Numbered from the stretch's first letter, positions 13,117-26,646 are shown. The stretch is DNA of 64,000 nucleotides from Octopus vulgaris (GCA_951406725.2 OX597838.1:24118001-24182000), one strand, 5' to 3'. The notes: generated by a model not told the origin, from the sequence alone. A program made the numbers and translations.

Positions 13117-13839
13117 ATAAGCCGTAATATATATATATGAATTCGGATGTCGGGGTGGAAATTCACACTGCAGCAGGATTGAACCCGGGACTTCAAGAAA
13201 GCAAAATGAACCTCAGTTTGTTCGAACGGCAGTGCTCCAGCATGGCCACAGTCAGTGACTGGAACAAGTAAAAGAATAATAGAATATGACTTGCCATCTT
13301 CACTCAAACTGTCTAACAAATGCCAGTATGGAAAATGGTTGTTAAATGGTGGTGGTGGTGGTTGTGGTGGTGGTGATGGTGGGGCTGCTACTGCTGGTGG
13401 TGCTGGTGGTGGTGCTGGTGCTGGTGGTAAGTCTGTGTACACATGTTGGCATGTGTGTATGTATTTGTATGTGAGTGTGTGCATGTGTGTTTATATTTGT
13501 TGTATGTAATATGTTTGTGTGTGTATGTGCCATGTATGTATGTGTGTGTGTGTTGCTATGATTTTGCCTGTGTCAGTGTATGAGCATGTGTACGTGTATG
13601 TATATGTGTGTATGTCTGTGGCCATGGTGTGTGTGTGTGCATGTGTGCATGTATGCGTTAGTTCTTTGTGTGTAAGTGTGTGTGTTGTGTGTGATATGTC
13701 TGTGTGTGTGTGTGTCCGTGACTGTGTGCACCAAATAATAGCTATTGTTCCCAGTTCAATAGTACTACCTGACTTATATACTCTGTGTATGTGCATGTGT
13801 GTGTGTGTCACAACATTCCCTTCACCTTAAACACCCTCA

Positions 13840-14250
13840 CCACCACCATACCACCATCACTACCACCAGCAACACTACCAGCATTGTTTTGATTACACTT
13901 ACACTTCCACCAGTGCCACCACCACTACCATTTATCACCATCACTACCACTGCCACCACCACCACATCATCACCACCACAACCATTACCAACATTACTAC
14001 TGCCACAACCACCACCACTACCATCATCACCATCACCACCACCATCACCAACATTACTACTGCCGCAACCACCACCACCACCTTCATCATCACCACCACC
14101 ATCACCAACATTACTACTGCCACAACCACCACCATCATCATCACCACCACCACCATCACCAACATTACTACTGCCACAACCACCACCACTATCATCACCA
14201 CCACAACCATCATCACCACCATCATCACTACTACCACCACCACCACCATC
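13840..14250. repeat. (CAC)n-based minisatellite
   Basis: Four units carrying ccaacattactactgcc(a/g)caaccaccacc within a CAC/CAT tract. Confidence 0.85.
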
Positions 14251-15300
14251 ACACATGACAACACACATACATACCTAGAGCCATGTACATAAACACACTC
14301 ATGCCACCTCACACCTACAATAGTTTCTTTCCCAGGTTATTGTTGTTATTTAAGCCTGAGCAAACCTATAACCAGAGTTGTTCCAGCCATGACCCTCCTA
14401 TGATTTTCCTATGAAATATACTGCTGTTATTTCTAGTGGTGCAAGCGTCCACATAGAAATTCTGTTGGGTTATTGTGGCTGCTGGGTTGTTGTTCTGGTT
14501 GTTGTTGCTTAGCCACAGGTCAATCACAAGCTTACAGACTATTGATCAAAGGTATTCCAGCCATGCCCATCATCTTTCCAGTCAGCTGAACGAACACAAA
14601 GAAGTAATAAGACTCTTGTCTGAGATGCCATGCAGCAGGATTGAACCCGGGACTTCAAGAAAGCAAAATGAACCTCAATAATCAAATGAATATATTACAT
14701 CTCTCCAGCATTCTCATAATGATTCCAGCCATCGCTTCATTAAGCACCCCCTCCGATCGATACCCTTCATATTGTGTTGCTTAAATCGCATGAAATTCAT
14801 GAATTAACAAACAAAATATCTTGTATGAAAGCCCATTGCATGTATGTGTGTGTGACTTATTTCCTTTTCCTATACCCAATCCATTTTACTAAGTTGTGCC
14901 CCTCTCACATTCTAATCTAAGTTTTGCTCCTATTCTTCTTATGCCCTCTTCAATAAGAAAAATATACTGTACCTATTGGTAACTGATTCTTGTATGTATT
15001 GGCTCTCCTGACCATTTAGACACTCTGAAGAAGCCTAGAGGCACACTCCACATCCAAACTTTATCTACCCATCCCTACAGTACACTGAAGGGATGGAGAT
15101 GGCATGGAGGATATCGTGGCCTCTTGGCAGAAACGGTCACAAGCAACTGATATTTTGCTCTTTTATGTATTACTAGTACATATGTGTGTAACACACAGTC
15201 GTTGCATGTGTATGTATTCTTATAATACTTCCGTATGTTTTAGAATAAATAGACATAATAGAATGTCTACTGGCTGATGTATGTCATTTTTGTATCCCCT

Positions 15301-15660
15301 CATCATCATTTAACGTCCGTTTTCCATGCTAGCATGGGTTGGACAGTTCGACCGGGGTCTGGGAAGCCAGGAGGCTGCACCAGGCTCCAGTCTGATCTGG
15401 CAGTGTTTCTACAGCTGGATGCCCTTCCTAATGCCAACCACTCTGTGAGTGTAGTGGGTGCTTTTTACATGCCAGGCGAGGCTGGCAATGGCCATGATCG
15501 GTTGGTGCTTTTTACGTGCCACCGGCACGGAAGCCAGTCAAGGCAGCGCTGGAATTGGCCACATTCAGATGGTGCTTTTTACATGCCACCGGCACGGGTA
15601 TCACAACTACAATTTCCATTTAATTTTTATTTTGATGTTGATGGACTTGACACAATAGGT
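15301..15660 (-). mobile_element. RTE LINE 3'-end copy
   Basis: catcatttaacgtccgttttccatgctagcatgggttggac...; same family as 11164-11660. Confidence 0.8.
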
Positions 15661-15809
15661 CTAACCAGTTGCAGTGTAGATGGTTGTAAGCCATTCAAGA
15701 ACACACAAAAACCTTTAGTTTCATTTCAACTTTTAAATTTGATTTGTGTCAAAATATATTTGTTGCCTTGAAACTACAACCTGTTCATTGGCAAAACTTT
15801 GTGCTGCAA

Positions 15810-16228
15810 GGCATAGGCATAGCTGTGTGGTAAGAAGTTTGCTTCCCAACCACATGGTTCCAGGTTCAGTCCCACTGTGTGGCACCTTGGGCAAGTGTCT
15901 TCTACTATAGCCTCAGGCTGACTAAAGCCTTGTGAGTGGATTTGGTTGACGGAAACAGAAAGAAGCCTGTCTGTGTGTATATATATATATATATATATTA
16001 TTTATGTGTGTGTGTGTGTGAGTTTGTGTGTGCAGCCCCCACCATCACTTGACAACCAATGTTGGGGTGTTTATATCCCCGTAACTTAGCAGTTCGGCAA
16101 AAGAGACCGATAGAATAAGTACTAGGCTTACAAAGAATAAGTCCTTGGGGGTCGATTTGCTTGACTAAAGGCAGTGCTCCAGCATGGCCACAGTCAAATG
16201 ACTGAAACAAGTAAACGAATAAAAGAAT
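15810..16228 (+). mobile_element. tRNA-derived SINE, family A (full length), just upstream of a SARM1 exon
   Basis: Head to tail similar to 2709-3088 and 24888-25270. Confidence 0.85.
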
Positions 16229-16263
16229 AAATAAATGAAGAACTTTGGGTTTCTGTTTTGCAG

Positions 16264-16499
16264 ATTTATCAGAGAATTGAAACAGTTGAAAACTACCGCA
16301 GATTATTCATCCTGTGACAACACTCGGCTGAATGACTGGCTACGAGAAATCTCCGAAGAGTTTTCGCTCTACACCTATCAGATGCTGCGCTGTGGCATTG
16401 ACAAGACAGTGCTGCCTACAGTGAGTGAAGACGAGCTGGAGAGGGAGTGCTGCATCACCAACAGTATTCATCGGCGAAAGATAATGGACCATATCAAAA
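16264..16499 (+). CDS. SARM1: SARM1 coding exon (end of SAM1 plus SAM2)
   Basis: Acceptor ttttgcag|A, donor A|gtaagc. Encodes FIRELKQLKTTADYSSCDNTRLNDWLREISEEFSLYTYQMLRCGIDKTVLPTVSEDELERECCITNSIHRRKIMDHIK; compare human [26 protein letters not shown]...QYTYGLVSCGLD. Phase 2 to 1 fits neighbours. Confidence 0.95.
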
Positions 16500-18670
16500 G
16501 TAAGCATCTTTGTCATGTTGTTGTTGTTGTTGTTTTGGGCCAGGTCATCTCCCTGGTCATGGTTGGAATGCCTTTCATGTCTTGTTATTTTTTTCGTCAA
16601 ATGTGTCCTTCCTTGTTTTTTGGGGTTTTTTTTTTTAAGATAGTGACAATGAAATCTTGTTCATGAGGGAGATTCTTTGGATATTTCTAGCACATGGTTT
16701 CTAATTCAAGTCCACTACATGGAACTTTGGGTGAGTGTCTTCTAGTAAAGCCCTGGGCCAAAGCCTTTTGAGTGGATTTGGTAGACGGAAACTGGGAAAA
16801 GTTCATCACATGCATGTGTGTGTGTAATATATATATATATATATATAGATAGATAGATAGATAGATAGTGTCTTCTCTCTATATAGTAGAAGACACTTGC
16901 CCAACATGCCATGCAGTGGGACTGAACCGGGGACCATGTGGTTGGTAAGGAAGCTACTTACCACACAGCCACTCCTGTGCCTATAACAATCTATGAATGT
17001 TAATTTTTTTTTATATTTTCGGCTGAACAACCAACACAAAGGATTTGTTTACGCTGATCAAATTTATGCGCTGTACATTAGGTCCCTTGCTCCATTGCCT
17101 CAACATTGTCTGAACAGGTGCACAGTGTGTAGTAGACAACACTTGCCATCAGGTTTCGAAGTGATTGCAGAGCAAAATGAGATGAAGGGTTTTTGCTCAG
17201 GAATACAACACACCTCCCAGTCCAGGAATTGAAACCACGATCTCATGATTTTGAGTGCAACACCCTCATCCCTCGGCCGTGCACCCTCACATGCACAGGC
17301 AAGTTCCTTCTTCTATAGCGTTAGGTCGACCAAAGCTTTGTGAGTGACTTTGGGACATGGAAACTGAAAGAAGCTTGTTGTGAGTGCCACACTCTAACCA
17401 CTCGGCCAGGCGTCGGCAACCTATAGCACGCATGCCATGTGTGGCATGTGGACCAATTCACAATGGCACGCACGCCTCTTGGCAAAAAATAAGCGTAAAT
17501 ATTTGTTTATAACTCCATTATCAAAAAGCTGCCATATGCCTGCACTCGGCCATGCGCCCCCCACACGCACACACAACGGGCGTCTTTCAATTTTCATGTC
17601 CCCAGAACCACTCACAAAGCTTTGGTCAGCCTGAGGCTGTAGAAGAAGGAACTTGCTCGAGGTGCCCTGCTGTGGGACTGAATCCAAAATCACATAGTTT
17701 GGCACCAAACTTCTTATGCACACAGTCATACAGCCATGCGTGTACATGCATGTATGCAATTATGTGTATAACACAAAATTGAGCTAAGGGAAATAACTCA
17801 GAGTAGCTAGTCGCCAGTGGCCTGAAGTCGGACAACAAAAACAAACATAGATATATTAATACCCATAGAAAATAAATTTTTACTCTGTGGAAATTCTATC
17901 CCCTTTGAGAGAAGGTGAATTAGTGCAGTGGCAAATGTAACTCACCCTGGATGAAAAAGGGAGATAATCTCGAACACCAACATGCTCCAGTTAATTTTTG
18001 TGTGTCTGTGTTTGTCCCCCCACCCAACATCGCTTGACAACACATGCTGGTGTGTTTGTGTCCCTGTAACTTAGCAGTTTGGCAAGAGAGACCGATAGAA
18101 TAAGTACTAGGCTTACAAAGAATAAGTCCTAGGGGTCGATTTGCTCAACTAAAGGCAGTGCTCCAGCATGGCCACAGTCAAATGACTGAAACAAATAACA
18201 GAAAAAAGAAAAAAAATTAAAATTTTTCAAATTAAAAAATACCACCCTCCCTCCTCTCTTTCTAAAATAGCAGACGTAAAGAAGTATCTAAACAGAAAAC
18301 TCGATGTGCTAGAAACAACTGCTAAAGGACAAATATTTTCAGAATTTTTATTTCCCCCACCACCATTTTTTTCTTTGGAGAGGGGGAAAATTAAAATTTT
18401 GAAAATGTGTTTTGGGGGTTTTCAAAATCTTTAATTTATATGTACGCTCCAATCAGAAAGTCTGACAAGCTAGAAACAACAGTCAAACCAAAGATCTACT
18501 TTTCTAAATACGAAAATTTTGAAATGCCGATTTTTTTTTCTACAGATTCGGAATCTCCACAGTTGAAAAGGTGGGTTTCTGTAGAAAAAAAAAAGAAATA
18601 GCCGAAAGGGGGTGCAGTCCATATCCTTTACCTCTGCCTTCACCTGTCTTTACATTCTGAGTTTAAATTA

Positions 18671-18852
18671 CTATATTTTAATGTGTATAAAAAACCCTCA
18701 TGTATAAGAAACCCCCTAATTTTGGGGGCTTAAAATTTGGAAAAAAGGTTTTGTAAGGGATTACAATACTATGCATGTATATGAAACTCCCATATATTTT
18801 TAACCTAATTTAAAAAAGAAAAAAAGGGTTCCTTATGCATGTTAAAATATGG
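18671..18852. mobile_element. pogo/Tigger-like MITE, decayed
   Basis: Imperfect TIRs ctatattttaatgtgtataaaaaaccc / gggttccttatgcatgttaaaatatgg. Confidence 0.5.
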
Positions 18853-18889
18853 TGGTTTTTTTGGGTTTTTTTTTGATACCACTGGAATT

Positions 18890-19950
18890 AAGATGTCAAA
18901 CTGGCAGAATCGTTAGCACACAGGACAAAATGCTTAGTGACATTTCGTCTGTCCTTACATTCTGAGTTCAAATTCTGCCAAGGTTGATTTTGCTTTTCAT
19001 TCTTTTGGGGTCTATAAAATAAGTACTAGGTAAATACCTGTGGTGGGGGGGGGCGTCGATGTAAATTGACTTACCCCCTGCCCTGAAATTGTTAGCCTTG
19101 TGCCAAAATTTGAAATCAGTATTACTGAAGCTTTTAACAAGGCAAACTGGACAGAATAGTTAGCATGCCGGGCAGAATGCTTACTGGCATTTCATCCATC
19201 TTTATGTTCTGAGTTCAAATTCTGCCAAGGGGTTGATCGAATAAGCACCAGTTGAGTACTGGGGTCAGTGTTATTGACTGCCTCTCCACCCTGCCCCTGA
19301 AAATCTCAGGCCTTCTGAAAGGATAGTAGAAAGGATTGTTGTTGTTCCAGTGAGATTGGCTTAGCCTATCATCCCTTTGGGGTGGATAAAATAAGTAGCA
19401 GTCAAATACTGGGGTCAATGTGTCCTCTTAGTCTGTAGTTGAGTAACAGTGGAGAAAGAAAATGGCTTCTAGTTGTTTATTGTTATTGTTAGTAGTAGTG
19501 GTAGCAACAGTAGTAGTAGTAGTGGTAGTAGTAGTAGTGGTTGCCTACTAGGCTTGCCCTCCCCCCCTCAAAAAAAATTTCAGGCCTTGAGCTTATAGTA
19601 GAAAGGATTATTGCTGCTGTTGTTATTGTTGTTGTTGTTATTCTGCTGAGGTCAACTAAGCCCTTTATCCCTTGTGGGTTAATGAAATAAATACCAGTTG
19701 AGCATTGAAAGTTGATGTAACTGACTGGCCCTCACCCCCTAAATTTCAGGCGTTCTGCCTATAGTAGAAAGGATTGTTTCTAATGGTGGTGGTGGTGGTG
19801 GTGGTGTTGATGTTGTTCTGCCAAGGTGGACTTAGCCTTTCATCCCTTCAGGGTTGATAAAATAAGTAGCAGTTGAGCATCGGAGTTGATGTAATTGACT
19901 AGCCACCCAGCCACCCCAATTTCAGGCCTTGTGCCTATAGTAGAAACAGA
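18890..19950 (+). mobile_element. Cluster of SINE family B copies and fragments
   Basis: Repeated ctggcagaatcgttagca...ttctgagttcaaat...gcctttcatcc...gataaaataagta modules. Confidence 0.75.
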
Positions 19951-21795
19951 TTTATTTCCAAGAATCCTGAGACCATTTACGCAACTTGTAGCTTCTTCAA
20001 ATGCAACCTTCTCAATCTGCCACACAGACCTCTACAAAACTTACTACCAAATCCAATTGCACCATCATATTTGGTGACAGACGCATAACACGTCCCGGCC
20101 ATTACAGTGGGTGACCACATGTGATTTCTAATCGGCTTAATTTAGTTATTATAAGTATTTTCTCGTTAAGAGATTTGATTCTTGCTGCAATAAATATTTT
20201 GACACAAACTTTATTGTTGTCTTTTCCATGTAGTAAACGGCAATGACTAAATGACTTGGTAACATGTAGCATACTCTTGCATGGTGCTTATATAGTTGCG
20301 AGCAGACACCCTCTTGACTCTCCCACTCCTATGACCCAGTGATACATGTGACAGCTGTGGGAGAGAAAGAGAGAGAGGGAGTGAGGGAGAGATGCACAGG
20401 TACCAGGCTGGTGCTCATTCGTAGTTGAGTAGGACTGGAGTGACATGGAATGAAGTCCCTTGCTCAAGAATGCAACAAATCTCCCTGTATAGGAATTGAA
20501 CTCTCAACATTATGATGGTGAACCAAGCACCCTAACTACTAAGCCACAAGTTTTCACATGTGTGTATGTGTGTGCCATCCATTTCATGCCAGCATGGAAA
20601 GCTGACTTAAAACGATAAGAGGAGGAAGAGGAGAATGGGCTTCCATACAGTTTCCAGCTATTGAATTTTACGTACAAGGCATTAGTCAGTTTGAGGCTAT
20701 AATAGAAATGACATTGCTGAAGATGCTACACAGTGGGATGTGTGGTCTGCTCATTAAATTAACGATACAAGTGGCTGAGTACTCCACTGACATGTGCATC
20801 CTTAATGTAGTTCTCAGGGAGATTTAGAGTGACATGGAATGTGACAAGGCTGGCCCTTTGAAATACAGGTACTACTCCCTTCTGCCAGCTGAGTGGACTA
20901 GGGCAACAAGAAATAAAGTGTCTTTACTCAACAACAGAACATGCTGACAGGTATTGAACTCACGCCCTTTAGAGTGTAAGCCAAACACCCTAACCACTAA
21001 GCCATGCACCTTCACACAGTGGGGTGTAACTTGAAGACATGTAGTCGCTTACAGCTAACTGCTGCTGAGTAGGTGGGGTAGCGGGGGGGATGTGGTGAAG
21101 TGGCAAGCATCCTAGTTTCTGGGTTTCCCTTTGCTTATATTTCTTCTTGGAAGAATTCTTGCTCCAAGTGTCAGAAGAACCATTTGAATCATTAGTTGTT
21201 TTTTCTGCTCTGTTCTGCCATGCTTCTAGCAAATCTGGTGGGGCTTTTTTTTTTTTGCAGACTGGTTTGGCATGTTTTGCTTGGCACGACCGAGACAGAC
21301 GTCTCTTCCTTTTGTTTTCTGTTTTTTGTTTTTTTTATAATTTTTAATATCAATATCTTGTTAACCGAACCATGAAATAGGATTGGCAACGGCAGGAGGA
21401 GAGGGCGTTTTTTTTTTCCACCCCCACCCCCACCCCTTGCTCTGTCGATTGAAACTAGTCGCACCATAATCTAATCTGCCATGGGTGAGGAACACAATGC
21501 CAAAGCAACACCTCCACAGGTACGTATTCAACCTTTGGCAAGTGGGAAACAGGTGTCAATAAATCCAATATGGAAACCACTTTGGCATTGCATAATTTAT
21601 TTGTTTTCTGATGTTGTGTTTGATGGGGGGGGGGTGAGGGAATTAACACCTTTCTTTTACATTTTTACTATCATGTCCACCGTTGTTTGGTAAGTGTATT
21701 ATTTGCTTTAGTTCAGTAATAATTTATTAATTATCTAACATGTCTATTTTCTCTCTCTCTTTCTCACTCTCTTGTTCTCTCTGTCTTTTCTACAG

Positions 21796-21919
21796 TGTTA
21801 ACAATGCCAAATTCACAGTTTACCACCATAGATGAGGACCCAAGCGACATACGCCGGGTACAAAAGAAAATCGATGTGTTTATCAGCTACAGAAGATCAA
21901 ATGGTTCACAGCTTGCAAG
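21796..21919 (+). CDS. SARM1: SARM1 coding exon (SAM-TIR linker and TIR start)
   Basis: Acceptor ttttctacag|TG, donor AG|gtagat. Encodes (M)LTMPNSQFTTIDEDPSDIRRVQKKIDVFISYRRSNGSQLA(S); DVFISYRR..GSQLAS is the SARM1 TIR signature. Not in the ORF track. Confidence 0.95.
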
Positions 21920-22252
21920 GTAGATAGATCAATCAGACTGGGTTATTGGCATGATGCATACTAAATGTTTGTGGTGCATGTACCTGTGTGTGTGTGTGTG
22001 CGTGTGCATGTGTGTGTGTGTGTGTGAATTTAGGATTTGGTGGTGCAGAGTGAAAGATAAAAAAAACAAAAAGGAAAAAAGGAAATTTGATGGGTGGGGG
22101 GGACGAACTATTAACTCTTTTATCTCCATATTTCTGTTGTGATACACCTTTGTTTTAATATCGTGTGTTAAGTTAAGGCAGTGCCAGGGTGAGTATACCT
22201 TGTCGCTTCACCACTTTTCTCTCACCTGCTCTTTCTTGCACTTTTGCTATTT

Positions 22253-22306
<54 letters not shown>

Positions 22307-22363
22307 TGACCCTTTGGCTGCGTAGCCATGTATCTCCTCTACAACAGCCTGCCTGTTTCTGAC

Positions 22364-22440
<77 letters not shown>

Positions 22441-24887
22441 TCTTGCTTTTCCCTCTGGTTAGGTAACCAAGTATCTCCTTTACATCAGCACACCTGTTTC
22501 TGTATTCTTTCTTGTTACCTCTCTCTCACCCTCTCTCTCTCACTCTCTCTCTCTCTGGCTGGGTAACCATGTACCTCCTCTATAGCAAGACTCCTGTTTC
22601 AGCTTCTGTCACCTTTCATCATCTAACACCAGATCACCTCCTCAGATGCCCCTGTCCCCTCTCGAAATCCCTTTTCTTGCAAGTTACTTGGTGACCCTGT
22701 CGGTGTTTGTGCCAGGTAGAAAGCGCATCCAGTCCACACTGTAAAGTGGTTGGCATTTGGAAGAACATCCAGCTGTAAAAACCATGCCCAAACCGACCTT
22801 GCCTGTGCTGGTGCCACGTAAAAAGTGCTCAGCCCACTCTACAAAGTAGTTGGTGTTAAGAAGGGCATCCAGCTGTAAAACCCCTACCAAAACAGACACA
22901 ATGACCTGAGGTAGTCTTCTCCCTGGCCAGCTCCTGTCAAACCATCCAACCCATACCTGCATGGAGGAGTGAGCTTGCTGGATCGTTGGCACGCTGGGCA
23001 AAATGCTTAGCAGCATTTTGACTGTCTTTACATCCAGAGTTCAAGTTCCACTAAGGTTGACTTTGCCTTTCATCCTTTCAGGGTCAATAAAATAAGTAAC
23101 AGTGAGGATAACAGAATGCAGGGGAGATATTAGGGGTAATGGTGGTGGTGGTGGTGGTGGATAGGGTTATTTCTGGATGCGGTGGTGATGGTAAAGAAAG
23201 TATTAGTAGAAATGGAAGTGGATTGTGGAGGTGGTGATGAGAAGGAGGGGGATATGTTTGTGTCAGCAGGGTGGGGGAAATGCTAGTGTAGCAGTGGTGG
23301 CGGTGGCGGGGGCGATGGTGGCGGCAGTGATGATATTAGTGCAAGTGGTGGTAATGGTGAGTGCAAGGGTCATATTAATGTCCGCAAGAGTGGGATGATA
23401 TTAATGCCAATGGTGGTGCTGGTGGTGATACTAGCATCAGTAGTAGTGGTGCAGGGCAGAGGGGGAATATTAGTACTAACAGTGGTGGTGGTGGTGCTTG
23501 TTAGAGAGTAAAGTAGTCAACAGTGGTGCTGGTGGTTACAGTGGTCATACTATTGCCAATGGCAGCTGCGGTGGTAATGGTGGTGGTGGTGGTGGTGGTG
23601 GTAGTGGTGGCGGCGGCAGTGGCGGTATTTAATGATAACAGTGATTGCCATTTCCGTTTGATGGCCCAACCACTGTTGCAACTTGCATGTGGCTTCTTGA
23701 AGAGAAGAAAAGAAAACAAAACAAAACAAAAAAAGAAAGAAAGAAAAAAAGCAGGGTCTACACGATTCTTAATTGATAGCTTCTTTCTGTAAGGCTTGAT
23801 AAAACAGTCATTACCCTGGCATTAATTGGTAGTTTACTCTGGTGGTAGTGGTAGTGGTGGTGGTGGTGGCGGTGGTGGTGGTGGTGGTGGTGGTAGCGGT
23901 GAAATGGCAAGTGGAGGTTGGGTCCATCAAAGACGGCTTGAGTGTGTGTGTTATCAAGTACCAACAGCTTCTTAGTCGTCATCGTTGCCATGGTGGTCAT
24001 CCAAACACTTTCGGACAGGCAAAGTTAAAATATTTCTTTCATCGCCCACCACCACAACAACAACAACAAAAACATACGGCAAGAGATAGAAGAGGATTAA
24101 CATGCTTTGGTGGGGAGAGAAGAGGAGATGAGGGGATGTTATTTTTCTTTGTTGTTTGTTTTCTTTTTTGTTTCCCCCCTCCTCCTCCTCCCCCCCCCCC
24201 GCACCTCCCCAGGAAATCTCAACTGTATAAAAACAATGCAAGCGTGAGGAACGAAGAATGTGTTTGCCTGTGAGTGAGAGAGAAAAGAGGGAGTAGGAGG
24301 GAAAGAGGGAGAAAGAAGGAGAGAGATATGGAAAGAGGAAGAGAGAGAAAACGAAAGAGAGAGAGAAAGAAAGAAGAGAGAGAGAGTGAGAGTAATGATA
24401 CAGCTGGCAGATTAGGAGATAATTTCCGAGTGAAATAGCATGAGGTGTGCTTGTCCGGGTGGGGGGGGGCTCGGTGCAGGCTATGATTTACATCAAAAGA
24501 ATCCACTGGAAAATGCTATCAGCAGGAAAAATAATTAAATGGTGAGGCTGGACTTAAAAACAATGCATTAAAAGTTGCAGTGAAAAACTGGCTGAGTGGC
24601 GGGAACGGTGGTTGCGGCGGTGGTGGTGGTGGTGCAGGTGGTGGTGGTGGTGCAGGTGGTGGTGGTGGTGGTGGTGAGGAAATGTTACGGACAAAAGTGG
24701 AACAGTTGTTTTAACTAATGCTTGTTACGGTCATTGCTGGTTATTATGTAGTGTTGGTAGAATTTTTGGTGATAGAAGTTTAGGATATTGTTACATTGAC
24801 AACTTCACAATGTGAATATAACATGTATATAACATACATGCATATCTGTCTGTGTGTGTATCATATACATTACTTACATACATTAAA

Positions 24888-25270
24888 GGCGTAGGAGTGG
24901 CTGTGTGGTAAGTAGCTTGCTTACCAACCACATGGTTCCGGGTTCATTCCCACTGCATAGCACATTGAGCAGGTGTCTTCTACTATAGCCTCAGGCCGAC
25001 CAAAGCATTGTGAATGGATTTGGTAGACTGAAACTGAAAGAAGCCTGTCATATATATATATATGTATGTGTGTGTCTGTGTTTGTCCCCCCAACATCGCT
25101 TGACAACCGATGGTGGTGTGTTTACGTCCCCATTACTTAGCAGTTCGGCAAAAGAGACTGCTAGAATAAGTACTAGGCTTCCAAAGAATAAGTCCTGGGG
25201 TCGATTTGCTCGACTAAAAGGCGGTGCTACAGCATGGCTGCAGTCAAATGACTGAAACAAATAAAAGAGT
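24888..25270 (+). mobile_element. tRNA-derived SINE, family A (full length)
   Basis: ggcgtaggagtggctgtgtggtaag head through gactgaaacaaataaaagag tail. Confidence 0.88.
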
Positions 25271-25329
25271 ATACATACATACATACATACATACATACAT
25301 ACATACTGACAGACAGACAGACAGAAGCC

Positions 25330-25890
25330 ATAGCCACTCGTAATAAAAAGGAGTCTCAGTGAAAACTTCTATGAATTGTAAACACAATAGACCTGATATA
25401 ATGATTTGTGATAGAGAAGAGAAACTGTGTACAGTTGTGGAAATCAGCTGCCCAGCAGATGTTAAAATAAAGCTAATATGATCAGTGGAAAAGAGAATAC
25501 CAATGCCGAACTATTGAGAAATCTGCAGTTACTCTATCCAGATTACAAGTTCAGGTTTCTACCCGTAATTATTGGGGCACTGGGATATGTAACACATTGC
25601 CTAAATACCAATCTTGAGAAATTAGGCTTCTCAAAGCCAGAAAGGAGAAATCTGATTCAAAGAACCAAGCCATCAGTGGAACTGTAAAAACCTGTAAAAC
25701 TTTCCAGAAGTTTAGCATTTAAATATATGGTATTGTCTAGACATGCAACTATATGCATGAGAATACCTGTATAAAATAAAACATATAAATCTGTACATAT
25801 ACATATATACATATATACATACAAAAATACGCTGTTGATGTTGAAATTCCAAGAAGGAGCCTTGGATCTAGGTTAGAAACTGGCTTTTCC
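25330..25890 (+). mobile_element. R4/Dong-like non-LTR retrotransposon 3' fragment (restriction-like endonuclease)
   Basis: Peptides KHNRPDIMICDREEKLCTVVEISCPAD and ELLRNLQLLYPDYKFRFLPVIIGALG (PD..E RLE motif), frameshifted. Confidence 0.75.
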
Positions 25891-25908
25891 TTTCAGTGCT
25901 ATATTTAA

Positions 25909-26127
25909 CCCTTTAGTATTTAAACCGGCCATATCCGGCCAAAATATTTAATCTGTTTAATGTTCAAACTGACCAGATCCAGGCTCTCACGCCTACCCTA
26001 CAATGTTATTCTACATTAGGTAATTACACCATCAACATCTTGAAGATATGAGATAATGCATGATTAATTCAAATCAATGGGAATCAATAAGCATTATGTT
26101 TGATAGAATAATCAGAACACTAAAGGG
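25909..26127. mobile_element. piggyBac-type MITE
   Basis: TTAA|CCCTTTAGT ... ACTAAAGGG|TTAA: TIRs with a TTAA target duplication. Confidence 0.85.
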
Positions 26128-26646
26128 TTAAGAGATGATGAATTATGTACCTTATTTATCTCAAATAAATATATTTATGTACCTTAGTTATCATTAAGCT
26201 AGTATTAGGAACATAAATTTGAGAGGTCACAGCTCCAATACCACAGGTATGCGATTAAATGATGGCAGGAAAAGACTGGAAGATGGATGCTTGATGCTGA
26301 ACCAACCAGTCAGGAGACCTAGGAGTAGACCAAAAATTTGCAATGGTTGGATAATGATCCATAGTCTCAGTCTGTCACACTTGGGAACCCAGCCAGAAAG
26401 TGTAATGATGGTTGCTTCTGATAGGACCCTATGGACAAGGTGTCTCAGGAACCAACCAACCCCCACACACATACACCCACAACTCACCCAGGAATAGGGG
26501 GCAGAGAAGATGGATGGATGGAAGGATGAATGAATGGAAGAATAAAATAAAATAACTGGCTTTCTTTTTTAAAATAACCATTGCCTCTCTGTTTCTTTCT
26601 TTTTTAAAATAACCACTGCCCCTCTTTTTTCCACCTTTCATTCTAG

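Noticed and set aside
13837-14312. Gly/Asp-rich or Pro-rich repeat protein ORFs
   Set aside because: (CAC)n minisatellite in a SARM1 intron, open in several frames because it lacks stops; no splice context.
25845-25890. Hammerhead-like GAAAC motif at the end of the R4/Dong fragment (also ~50225-50270)
   Set aside because: No CUGANGA core can be read; too degenerate to call.
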